Of a stretch of 64,000 nt of DNA, positions 39,789 to 49,500 are shown piece after piece. The stretch lies in assembly GCA_965223845.1 (NCBI GenBank), contig CBDCXR010000004.1, positions 832,001 through 896,000 of the forward strand, read 5' to 3'. A model generated the notes under the pieces. The model ran no database searches. It saw only the letters and a program-made list of their open reading frames with translations, and was not told where the DNA came from. Made by a program: the position numbers and the translations under genes. The stretch's first letter is position 1. Each line of letters begins with the position of its first letter. Source of the stretch: Planctomycetota bacterium (GTDB taxonomy: Bacteria > Planctomycetota > UBA8108 > SXIK01).

Positions 39789-39827
39789 TTGACCCAGTTT
39801 TTACACGCCGCCGGTAAACGATTCATA
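39789..39827 (+). promoter_or_regulatory. Putative Pho-box-like 11-bp-periodic direct repeats
   Basis: TTGACC (39789), TTTACA (39800), degenerate CCGGTA (39811), TTCATA (39822), upstream of a phosphatase-associated gene. Confidence 0.35.
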
Positions 39828-39879
39828 GACGAGTGCTTTCTTGGGCGGAGCTCACAACAACTCAACGAGGAGGGAGCCG

Positions 39880-41838
39880 ATGCTCGTTCGCAGCTATTCG
39901 ATGCGTAGTATACTGGTGATCGCAAGTGTGATCTCGGCGTGGATTCCGGCGATGGCGGACCCGGACGGGACGCGCGGAGGCGACAAGTCGAGGCCGCGAC
40001 CTCCGACTCTCGATCTCGACCTCGTCGGTCGCTACGCCAGCGGAATTTTCGACCAGTCAGCGGCGGAGATCGCGGCTCACGACCCCGAGACGCAGCGGCT
40101 CTACATCTCGAATGACGCCGAAGTGCGAGTCGATATCCTCGATTTGGGGAACCCGGAGACTCTCTCCCTTCTCGCTTGGGTGGACCTTTCGCCCTACGGC
40201 GGCGCGCCTTCCCACGTGGCGTTTCACGACGGCCTCGGTGCGGTCGCGGTCTCGGCGGATCCCAAGACGGACCCGGGATTCGTTGTCTTCTTCGACGCCG
40301 ACGGTGTCGTCCTCGGCGACGTCAGTGTCGGCGCGAATCCGGACGCGGCCGTGTTCTCTCCCGACGGCACTAAGATCCTCGTCGCGAACGAAGGTGAGCC
40401 GAACGACGACTACACGGACGACCCCGAGGGGTCGATCAGCATCATCGACGTCACGCCGGGTGCGGGCGCGATCCATCAGGATCACGTCTCGACCGTGAGC
40501 TTCGCCGCGTACAACTCGCAGAAGAGCTCTCTCCGCGCGAAGGGAGTGCGCATCTTCGGCCCCACGGTGACGGACCTCGGTGACGGCAAGTTCGACGTCG
40601 AGCCGGGAGGTGCTTCGGTCGCGCAAGACCTCGAGCCCGAGCACCTCTCGTTCTCGAGCGATTCAGCCTTCGCGTACGTCACTCTGCAGGAGAACAACGC
40701 CGTCGGCGTGGTCGACGTCGAGGCCGCGGAGCTCGTCGCCATCCTTCCGCTCGGCTACAAGCAGCACTTTTTCCAGCCGAATTCCCTCGACGCAAGCGAC
40801 CGTGACGACGCGATCAACATCCGCACCTGGCCGACGCGCGGTATGTATCAGCCCGACTGGATCGCCACCTACGATGTCGACGGTGAGACGTATCTCGTCA
40901 CGGCGAACGAAGGGGATGCTCGCGACTACGACGGATTCAGCGAGGAAGAGCGCGGCGACGACCTCGAGTTCGCGGGGGTCCTCGCGAAGATCCCCGATCT
41001 CCAGGAAAACGAGAACCTCGGTCGTCTGCGCACGACGACGGAGCCCCCGCGCGGAAAGCGAGTCGATCGCGACGGCGACGCTACGTACCGGCAGTTCTAC
41101 TCTTACGGTGCCCGCTCGTTCTCGATCTGGTCGGCGGCGGGCGATCTCGTGTTCGACAGCGGCGATGAGTTCGAGCAGATCCTCGCCGACGAACTCGGTG
41201 ACGACTTCAACTCGAACAACGACGAGAGCCCGTCCGGCGACGCGAGAAGCGACGACAAAGGCCCCGAGCCGGAGGGGGTGATCGTCGCACCTCTCGGCGG
41301 TTCTCAGCTCGCATTCATCGGTCTCGAACGGGTCGGCGGAGTGATCGTCTACGACGTGTCCGACCCCGAAGCGCCGCAGTTCGTCGACTATTTTCACAAC
41401 CGAAACTTTTCCGTCGATTTCGATATCGGCGGCTGCGAGGACTGCGCGGAAGACTGCGGAGACGATTGCGCCGAGGCCTGCGAAGAGTGTCACACCGCGT
41501 GCGAGGAGTGCGCGAATTGTCCCGACGGCGAGGACTGTTCGGAGGCCTGCGCGATCTGCGAGAGCGAATCGTGCGCGACCTACGCGGATTGCGCAGATTG
41601 TACGCCCGAGTGCGCCGCCGTTGCGGACTGCGGGACGGCGTGCACGGACGAGTGCACGACGGAGAAATGTCCGCGCATCGACGACGAAGAGCGCGACCCG
41701 GGTGACCTCGGCCCCGAGGGACTGCTGTTCATCCCCGCGGAGGAGAGTCCCGAAGGGTACGGCTCCCTACTCGTCGTCACGAACGAAGTGAGTGGTTCGA
41801 CTACGGTTTACGAGATCGACGCACGGAAGCGTCGCTAA
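39880..41838 (+). CDS. Choice-of-anchor I family protein (alkaline-phosphatase-associated beta-propeller) with a Cys-rich insertion
   Basis: RBS GAGGAGGGAG; AAEIAAHD, VANEGEP..DPEGSISIID, QDLEPE, LQENNA, GMYQPD, TANEGDARD, YGARSFSIW, RSDDKGPEPEG, GLERVGG, GDLGPEG, NEVSGST. Confidence 0.9.
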   Translation: MLVRSYSMRSILVIASVISAWIPAMADPDGTRGGDKSRPRPPTLDLDLVGRYASGIFDQSAAEIAAHDPETQRLYISNDAEVRVDILDLGNPETLSLLAWVDLSPYGGAPSHVAFHDGLGAVAVSADPKTDPGFVVFFDADGVVLGDVSVGANPDAAVFSPDGTKILVANEGEPNDDYTDDPEGSISIIDVTPGAGAIHQDHVSTVSFAAYNSQKSSLRAKGVRIFGPTVTDLGDGKFDVEPGGASVAQDLEPEHLSFSSDSAFAYVTLQENNAVGVVDVEAAELVAILPLGYKQHFFQPNSLDASDRDDAINIRTWPTRGMYQPDWIATYDVDGETYLVTANEGDARDYDGFSEEERGDDLEFAGVLAKIPDLQENENLGRLRTTTEPPRGKRVDRDGDATYRQFYSYGARSFSIWSAAGDLVFDSGDEFEQILADELGDDFNSNNDESPSGDARSDDKGPEPEGVIVAPLGGSQLAFIGLERVGGVIVYDVSDPEAPQFVDYFHNRNFSVDFDIGGCEDCAEDCGDDCAEACEECHTACEECANCPDGEDCSEACAICESESCATYADCADCTPECAAVADCGTACTDECTTEKCPRIDDEERDPGDLGPEGLLFIPAEESPEGYGSLLVVTNEVSGSTTVYEIDARKRR

Positions 41839-41910
41839 GCGAGGAGCTCGAAATCGGCCGGCGCCGGAAGAGCCAAGTCCCGTCGCCGGTCGATTTCCAT
41901 CCGCTTCGCT

Positions 41911-44900
41911 CTACCGCACGCCGCACGGCTCGAACACCGCGCAGCTCAGTGAATCTTCCGTCGGATCCTCGCCGCACCGATCGAAGGGGGGCGGAATCGT
42001 CGCGACACCGCCTCCGAAGAGGTAACTGAGGAGCCACACGGCATCGCCGATGTTGATCCGTCCGTTGTCGTCCGCGTCTGCGGACTTGAAGCACGGCGGC
42101 TCGGTGCCGTGCGCGAAGAGGTAGACGAGGCCGTAGACGGCGTCGGAGAGATCCGTCCGGCCATCGCCATTCGAGTCACCGCGCCGGAACGTCGGTCCAG
42201 GCGGCACCTGGCACTCGTCGGGGACCGAATCACCATTCAGGTCGAGGCTCTCCGGTTTCGTCCGGTTCTCGATGAATGCGATTCCCGAGCGAGAGTCCGC
42301 CTGAAACGCGAGTGCAGCGTCCGCGAGTCCGTCGTTCTCGAAATCCGTCAGCCGGATATCTTGACCGCGCAGATCGGCGACGCGCGTAGCCGAACGAAGG
42401 GTGCCGTCGCCGTTTCCTCGGTGGAGAAGCACTCCCGCTTCGCCAGACGATAGAGCGTCGACATTCCCGTCGCCGTCGAAGTCGGCGAGCACCACGCTTT
42501 CGGGAAACGCGCTCGGGTAGCGGACGGGAGGCGCCATCTGGCCGTTCCCCTCGTTGAGGACGACGGTGAGATCGGACGACCGCTGATTGGCCGTGACGAC
42601 GTCGAGGAGACCGTTCTCGTCGACGTCCCCGATCGCTAGGCCCTGCACGCCGGATCCGACGGCGAAGTTGCGCACCGAAACGAACGAGCTCGACTCGTCG
42701 CCGAGGAAGATCGAGAGGTTGTCCGTGATTCCTTGCGAGTTCGCGCTCGCGATATCGTTTCGTCCATCTCCGTTGAAGTCGGCGATGGCCAATGCGATCG
42801 GCGTGGCCCCGGGGCGGAGAATGCGTCCCTCGGAGAAGACACCGTCGGTGTTGATCGCGAGCCGGATCGCCGACTGAATGATCAACGCGGCGTCGAGGTC
42901 GCCGTCCCCGTCGAGGTCGCCGAGCTCGATCCATTGCGCCGAATCATCGACCGGCGTCGCCTTTGCGTCTTCGAAGCGGCCGTTTCCCCGGCCACGTGCG
43001 ACGGCGAGGCCGGACTGCACCCCGAGGACGAGGTCGAGATGGCCGTCCCCGTCCACATCGCCGACGGCGTAGCGAAACACCCACTCGTTCAGGCCGATCG
43101 ACATCGCTACGGCGGGAGCGGCGTCACTCCGGCCCGTCCCGCGAAAGAAGTAGGCCGTAGCGGGATGGTCGGCGATCAGAATGAGGTCCTGGAATCCGTC
43201 CTCGTCGAAATCGCCGACGCGGAGCGGCTGCCAACCGCCCGATGGCGATTCGCGGAGAACGACTCCGCTCAGCCGCTCGCGACCGATCGGGCGCAGCATG
43301 CGTACCGACCCCGGATGCGGAAGCAGCTCGGGCGGAATTTCGTTCGGCGAAAACCCAAACCGATCGGGATTGAAGATCGCCGGCTGATCGCGATCGTAGA
43401 CGGACGCGATGACTTCGATCCCGTCCTCGCTGCCGAGAGAGCGGACATGGATCGAAGTGACCTCTCCCGAGCCGATCTCGTAGAAGCTCGGCGGCGAGAA
43501 GCGATGCTGACCGCGGTTGTAGACCACCCCGGTCGCAGCAACGAACTCTTCGGACGAAGGATCGCGGCTCCAGGTTCCTCCTACGACGATATCGAGGAGT
43601 CCGTCTTCGTTCGCATCCGCGAGGGTGACCTCTTCCGCGCCCATGCCGAGCGCGATGGTGGTGCGCTCGGTGGTGATCTTGTTGTCGACGTTCCAGAGGA
43701 CGAGAGCCGAGGGCCAGAAAGTCTCGGTCGAATAGCCGATGACGACGATGTCCAGGTCGCCGTCATCGTCGAGATCGCCGGTCGAAACTCGGCGCGGCCA
43801 GACCTCGGGCGTCGCGATGCGAACGGCCGTCCCGAACGGACCGGGGGTCGCGCCCGGACGGAGCTGCACTTCGGGATTCTCCTGAATCGCCGTGATGACG
43901 TCGAGCTTTCCATCTCCGTCGAAGTCGACCATGTCGAGGTCACGAAAGCTGAACTCGGCGTGTGGAATCGACACCGTGCGGAGGATGGACTCTCCGTCCG
44001 TGTAGAGAATCTCGATGTTCGAGGGGGGAGACTGCGATCCGAGAACGATCTCGGGGCGGCCGTCGCCATCGACATCGACCAGCTGTGACGCGCGGGTGAC
44101 GTCTTCGCGCTGCACGGACAGCGTTCGCTCGAATCGGCCGTTCCCGAGGCCACGAAGAATGTACAGATGCGCGAAACCGTTTTCGCAATAGCGCGTGCCG
44201 GTGATGACCGCGGCGTCGAGCTTGCCGTCACCGTCGAAGTCGCCAGCGTGGATGTGCTCGGCGTCGGAAAGGCTGTGGACGACTCCGCTCGCGACGAGGT
44301 TTCCCCCGGTGTTCTCCGCGAACAGAACACCTCCGGGATGCGAAGGACAACACGTGCCTCGGAGTGCGACCAACGCGTCGCTGTCACCGTCGCCGTCGAA
44401 GTCTCCGAACGCGATGTCGCTCGCCGCGGTCTCGGTCGAAAAACCGCGGGAGAACGAGAGCTCGAAGCGCGACGCGAGATCGATCGCGTCGTCGACGCCG
44501 TTTTCGTTGCAATCGGCGAGATCGTTCGCGGCGACGTCGCAGTCGTCGGGAATTCCATTCTGGTCGCGATCATTCTCGGCGAGCTCGCACGTATCGAGAA
44601 CGCCGTCCGCATTGCAGTCGGTTTCTCGACCCTCGTTGAGATCGCAGTCGTCGGGAATCCCATTGCCGTTACAGTCGAGCTCGCACGAATCGAGGACTCC
44701 ATTCGAATTGCAGTCCTCGCCGTCTGCGAGCTGGCATGCGTCGAGGCGACCGTCGCCGTCGCAGTCGTCGAATTCGAGCTCGCATTCGTCGGGGATTCCG
44801 TTCGCGTTGCAGTCCTTGCTCGCTCGCACGCGTTGCTGAAAGTCGACGCGCACCTGACTCGAATCCATGCCGAGACCCGCGAGATCCGGCACACCGTCGC

Positions 44901-46095
44901 CGTTGAAATCCGCCAGGCCGCCGAAGCTCGTTTGCACCGGAGTGCGTGCCTCGCTGACGCGTCCGAACTGACGCCCGCCGAGGTTTTCTGCCGTCCAGAC
45001 GACGCCATCGAGATAACAGATTCGGCCGGGGTTCGCGCCGCCGACCTCCGGAAGTCCGTCGCCGTTCATGTCGTGAACGAAAAGACTCGCCGCGTACGCG
45101 TCTTCGAGAGGAAACCGCGTTTCTTCCGTTTCGAACGTCCCGTTGCCGCGACCCCAGTGCACGGCTACGGACTGCCCGCGGGGATCGGGGGCGAGCAGAT
45201 CGAGCGCTCCGTCGCCGTCGACGTCGGCACCCACCAGGGCGAACACGTTTGCTCCGCGTAGCGTGATGCTGCCCTCGACATCGAAGATGCCTTCGCCGTT
45301 GTTCTTTCGGAGTATGGCGCGCTCGGACCGATCGGCGCCAGTCACTACGTCGACATCGCCGTCGCCGTCGAAATCACCGACCGCGGACGCGACTCCGGAA
45401 CTCCGCCCTTGAAGCGATCGAGTGTCGAGGAGGCTGAAGTCTCCTTCGCCGTCGCCCGCGAATGCCCACAAGGTCGTCGACCCTCGTAAGTGCCCGGTGA
45501 CGACGAGATCGAGGCCAGGCTGACCGTTCAATTCGGCGAAGTGGACCGTGAGCGGAGCCGCGCCGATGCCGGAAAGGAGGGTGCGAGCGCGCGTCAGTTC
45601 GGCGCCCGCATCCGAGCGGAGGACGGTGACGCCGGTGCCGAAGATCACGGTTGCCAGATCAGGGTCGCCGTCATTGTCGAAGTCGCCGGAGCTCGACGGC
45701 CCGGCGCGGCCGAAGGCGACCGGAGAAATCAATGCGCGGTGGTGCTCGGTGAACGATCCGTCACCTTTTCCCCGAAGGACGATCGCGCGCACGCCGGTCG
45801 CGTCGCTCGAGGTCGCGACGACGTCCGTCTTACCGTCGACATCGAGGTCGACGGCGTAGGCAGCGTGGAAGAACTGACTGCCTTGGGTGAACACCGACTC
45901 TGAGAACTCGGGCTCGTACGCCGCAAGATCGCAGCTGTCGGGGATTCCGTTGCCATTGCAATCCGGCAGCTGCTCGGCCGCGTCATCGACCCCGTTTTCG
46001 TTGCAGTCGGCCGCTTGGGCGTGGCCCGGAGCGAGGAGGAGAACGGCGGCGAAGGCGACGATCGGCGGAACGAGGGCTCGACGGGTCATTCTCAT
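41911..46095 (-). CDS. Large secreted FG-GAP repeat protein with DCNxNG repeats and C-terminal dockerin-like domain (paralog 1)
   Basis: Signal peptide MRMTRR..AQA; three FG-GAP propeller blocks; DCNxNGxxDxC repeats; tail FRRGDSNGDGRTDLSDA...DADDNGRINIGDA...CGEDPTEDSLSC. Confidence 0.9.
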   Translation of the reverse strand: MRMTRRALVPPIVAFAAVLLLAPGHAQAADCNENGVDDAAEQLPDCNGNGIPDSCDLAAYEPEFSESVFTQGSQFFHAAYAVDLDVDGKTDVVATSSDATGVRAIVLRGKGDGSFTEHHRALISPVAFGRAGPSSSGDFDNDGDPDLATVIFGTGVTVLRSDAGAELTRARTLLSGIGAAPLTVHFAELNGQPGLDLVVTGHLRGSTTLWAFAGDGEGDFSLLDTRSLQGRSSGVASAVGDFDGDGDVDVVTGADRSERAILRKNNGEGIFDVEGSITLRGANVFALVGADVDGDGALDLLAPDPRGQSVAVHWGRGNGTFETEETRFPLEDAYAASLFVHDMNGDGLPEVGGANPGRICYLDGVVWTAENLGGRQFGRVSEARTPVQTSFGGLADFNGDGVPDLAGLGMDSSQVRVDFQQRVRASKDCNANGIPDECELEFDDCDGDGRLDACQLADGEDCNSNGVLDSCELDCNGNGIPDDCDLNEGRETDCNADGVLDTCELAENDRDQNGIPDDCDVAANDLADCNENGVDDAIDLASRFELSFSRGFSTETAASDIAFGDFDGDGDSDALVALRGTCCPSHPGGVLFAENTGGNLVASGVVHSLSDAEHIHAGDFDGDGKLDAAVITGTRYCENGFAHLYILRGLGNGRFERTLSVQREDVTRASQLVDVDGDGRPEIVLGSQSPPSNIEILYTDGESILRTVSIPHAEFSFRDLDMVDFDGDGKLDVITAIQENPEVQLRPGATPGPFGTAVRIATPEVWPRRVSTGDLDDDGDLDIVVIGYSTETFWPSALVLWNVDNKITTERTTIALGMGAEEVTLADANEDGLLDIVVGGTWSRDPSSEEFVAATGVVYNRGQHRFSPPSFYEIGSGEVTSIHVRSLGSEDGIEVIASVYDRDQPAIFNPDRFGFSPNEIPPELLPHPGSVRMLRPIGRERLSGVVLRESPSGGWQPLRVGDFDEDGFQDLILIADHPATAYFFRGTGRSDAAPAVAMSIGLNEWVFRYAVGDVDGDGHLDLVLGVQSGLAVARGRGNGRFEDAKATPVDDSAQWIELGDLDGDGDLDAALIIQSAIRLAINTDGVFSEGRILRPGATPIALAIADFNGDGRNDIASANSQGITDNLSIFLGDESSSFVSVRNFAVGSGVQGLAIGDVDENGLLDVVTANQRSSDLTVVLNEGNGQMAPPVRYPSAFPESVVLADFDGDGNVDALSSGEAGVLLHRGNGDGTLRSATRVADLRGQDIRLTDFENDGLADAALAFQADSRSGIAFIENRTKPESLDLNGDSVPDECQVPPGPTFRRGDSNGDGRTDLSDAVYGLVYLFAHGTEPPCFKSADADDNGRINIGDAVWLLSYLFGGGVATIPPPFDRCGEDPTEDSLSCAVFEPCGVR
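44478..44814 (-). repeat. Seven tandem DCNxNGxxDxC(D/E) coding repeats
   Basis: DCNANGIPDEC / DCDGDGRLDAC / DCNSNGVLDSC / DCNGNGIPDDC / DCNADGVLDTC / DRDQNGIPDDC / DCNENGVDDA. Confidence 0.85.
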
Positions 46096-46503
46096 ACCTC
46101 TAGATGGTGCGGGAGGGGGCTCTACCCTGACAAGCAGAACTCGCGCGTCGAAATAACGGCAAAACTCCGTCCCACGCCGGCCGCGCTTCGGCGGCGGGAG
46201 GGCCACGAACCTCTGCCTACCTTCGAGGTCCCGGGCGGGCACGGGGGGATGGCACGGTGAGCCAGGAAGAGACCGCACGTCTCGGCTCGGCGCAGGATTC
46301 CGGCCTCGGCCAGGAACGGTTCCTCTCGGACGGCCCTCGCCGTCGCGAACCTTCGCCGATGGCTCTTGAATCGCCGCGAGTTCGCGTCGCCGCGCCGGCC
46401 GAGCTGCCTCCGCCCCCCGACTCCGAACCATGTCCCACGGCGGCGACGAACGAGGCGCGGTCGGCGGTCTTGGTCGCCGACTCTTTATCGCTTCCGGGTC
46501 GAT

Positions 46504-49500
46504 CTACCGCGCGCCGCACGGCGCGAACATCGCGCAATCGAGTCGGTCTTCGGTCGGATCCGACCCGCAATCGTTAAAGGGTGGGGGGATCTCCGCCACG
46601 CCGCCGCCGAAGAGGTAGCCGAGGAGCCAGGTCGCGTCGCCGATGTTGAGCCGACCGTTGTCGTCCGCGTCCGCCGCCTTCGTGCAGGGAGGGGGATCCC
46701 CTCGTGCGAACAGGTACACGAGACCGAAAACCGCGTCCGATAGGTCCGTCCGGCCGTCTGCGTTCGCGTCTCCGCGCAGAAACCGCGGCTCGGCGGGGGC
46801 TTGACACTCGTCGGGGATCCCGTCGTCGTTTCGGTCGAGGCTCGTGCTTCCGGTCCGATTCTCGACGAACGCGATCCCGACGCGCGTGTCGGCCCAGAAC
46901 GGAAGGATCGCGTCCGGCAATCCGTCGTTTTGGAAGTCGGTGATGATGAGATCCTGCCCATCGAGATCGGCGAGCCGTTTCGTCGGGAGAAAGCTGCCAT
47001 CGCCGAGCCCGAGATGGATCGCGAGACCGAACTCACCGTTCGAGAGAGCGTCGAGATCGCCGTCCCCGTCGAAGTCTGCCAGCGCCACTCGGTACGGGTA
47101 CGCCGCCGGGAGGAACATCGGGGGAGTCATAGCGCGGTCTCCGCGGTTGAAGATCACCGCGAGGTTGGACGAGCGGAAGTTGGCCGTAACGGCGTCGAGG
47201 AGACCATCGCCGTCGACGTCGCCCACCGCGAGCGATGAGGCTCCCGAACCGACCGCGAAGCTGCGTACCGATGCAAACGCGCCTTCTGCATCGCCGAAAA
47301 AGATCGATAGGTTGTCGGCGGCCCCTTGGGAATTCACGCTCACGATGTCGTTCCGGCCGTCCGCATCGAGGTCGTGGATCTCCACCCGCGCGGGAGTCGC
47401 TCCGGGTCGCAGGATTCGACCCGCCGAGAAAATGCCTTCGCCGTCGTTGATCGCGATGCGGAGTGCGGCAGCGACGGTCAAGACTGCGTCGATGTCGCCG
47501 TCGGCGTCGAGGTCGCCGAGCACAGCGGCCGTGCTCGCGTCGTCGATGCCGGTGGGCTGCGCCGGATCGAATCGACCGCCGGCGCGTCCGTGCGACACCA
47601 TCAGTCCCGATCGGGTCGCGAAGGCGAGGTCGAGCTGGCCGTCGGCGTTCACGTCACCGGTGTCGAATTGGGGAACGAAGAGCGCCAGTCCCGTCGGAGA
47701 AGAAAGCGGTGAGGCGAACTCGCTCCGACCCGTTCCGCGGAAGAAATGGATCTCTGCCGGCTGATCGGCGACGAGAACGAAATCCGCGATTCCGTCGCGG
47801 TCGAAGTCCCTCGATCGAATCGCCTGCCAGCCGTTCGCGGGGGACGCTCGGAGTACCAGTCCTCCGAGCTTTTCGCGGCCGACCGGACGAAGGACGCGAA
47901 CGGCACCTGGATGCGGGAGAAGATCCTCCGGCAACTCGGGATCGAAGCGCGAAGGATCGAACGCGCCCCAGTAATCCGGATCGTAGACCGCCGCGACCAT
48001 CGCGGACGAACCTGAACCGTCGAGGTCGATCGCTCGCACTGCGCTGACCGAACCTGCGCCCAGCTCGTACTGAGCCGCCGGAGCGAAGCGCCGGTGACCG
48101 CGGTTGTAGCTGATGGTCGCGGCCGCAACAAAATCCTCCGAGGAAGGATTGTGACTCCACGTCCCGGCGGTGATGACGTCGAGGAGACCGTCGCGATTGA
48201 GGTCGCCGAGGGAGAGTCGCTCGGCGCCGGACTCGTGAATGATCTCGGTCCTTCGGGCGGCAACTCTTCCGTCCTCGTTCCACAAGATGAAGATGCCCGT
48301 CGCGGAGTGGCGGTTCGTCGACCGACCGAGAACGACGAGGTCGACGTCACCATCGTCGTCGAGATCGCCCGCCGCGATGTCCCGAAGCCAATTCTCTGGA
48401 ACGGAGACGCGGACGACGGGCCCGAACGAGCCGTTCTCGGTTCCCGGGAGGATTTGAACCTCGGAGGCGGGGTTCATCGCCAGCATCAGATCCGGCCGAT
48501 CGTCCCCGGTGAAGTCCGCGATCGTAAACGCCCAGAGGTCGCCTTCGTACGGGATGGACTTCGACTCGAGAACTTCGTTCCCGTTCGTGAACAGAATCTC
48601 GACTGCGGTCGCGGAGCGATCAAAGCTGAGCACGATCTCAGGCGTTCCGTCGCCATCGATGTCGGTCAATTCTGAGTCGCGGATGGGTCGCTCACGCGGT
48701 GACGAGAGCGACGCCTCGAATCGTCCGTCTCCGAGACCGCGCACGATGTGAACTCCCCAGTTCTCGCTCTCGCATTCTGGGTCGCCGGAGACTACAACCG
48801 CGTCGAGTAGTCCGTCGCCGTTCAATTCGCCGACGTGAACTCTACTCGCTTTGTCGAGATGCTGAACGACTCCGCTCTCGACGAGCATCCCACGCGAGTT
48901 TTCGACGAAGATGAGACTTCCGTTCGCGCTCGGACAGCACGCCCCGTGAGACGCGACGAGGACGTCCGTGTCACCGTCGCCATCGAAGTCGCCGAAGCCG
49001 AGATCCGTCGCGGCCGTGCGGGTGAAAAATCCGCTCGTCGACGACATGCCGAATCGTCGCGCGAGATCGACGGCGTCGTCGACTCCGTTCCCGTTGCAGT
49101 CGGCGAGGTCGTCCGCCGCGAGGTCGCAGTCGTCGGGAATCCCATTCTGATTGCGGTCGTTCTCGGCCAGCTCACAAGAGTCGAGCACGCCGTCTGAATT
49201 GCAGTCGTTATCCGTCCCCGCGACGAGGTCGCAGTCGTCCGGAACGCCGTTTCCGTTGCAGTCGGGCTCGCAGCGATCGAGAATCCCGTTCGCGTTGCAA
49301 TCACCGTCGCCCTCGATCTCGCACTCGTCGAGAACACCGTTTCGGTCGCAGTCGTCGAACTCGAGTTCGCACTCGTCCGGGACGTCGTTCGCGTTGCAGT
49401 CGGAGCTCGCGGGCACGCGACGATGGAGGTCGACGCGAATTTCGCCGGTCTCGCCGTTCACCCCGACGACGTCGGGCAGACCGTCGCCGCTGAAGTCCCC

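Noticed and set aside
46250-46280. Cobalamin-riboswitch-like 'GAGCCAGGAAGAGACC' in the 400-bp spacer
   Set aside because: The other conserved B12-element blocks are missing, and it lies on the strand opposite to the flanking genes.
46460-46481. Stem-loop GTCGGCG..CGCCGAC after the stop of 46504..50676 as a terminator
   Set aside because: No U-tract in the gene's orientation, so it cannot be called an intrinsic terminator.
44478-49401. Recurring GCAGTCGTC and GTCGCCGTCGA nucleotide repeats as CRISPR or REP elements
   Set aside because: They are codons of DCNxNG and FG-GAP protein repeats, with no constant repeat-spacer structure and no cas genes.
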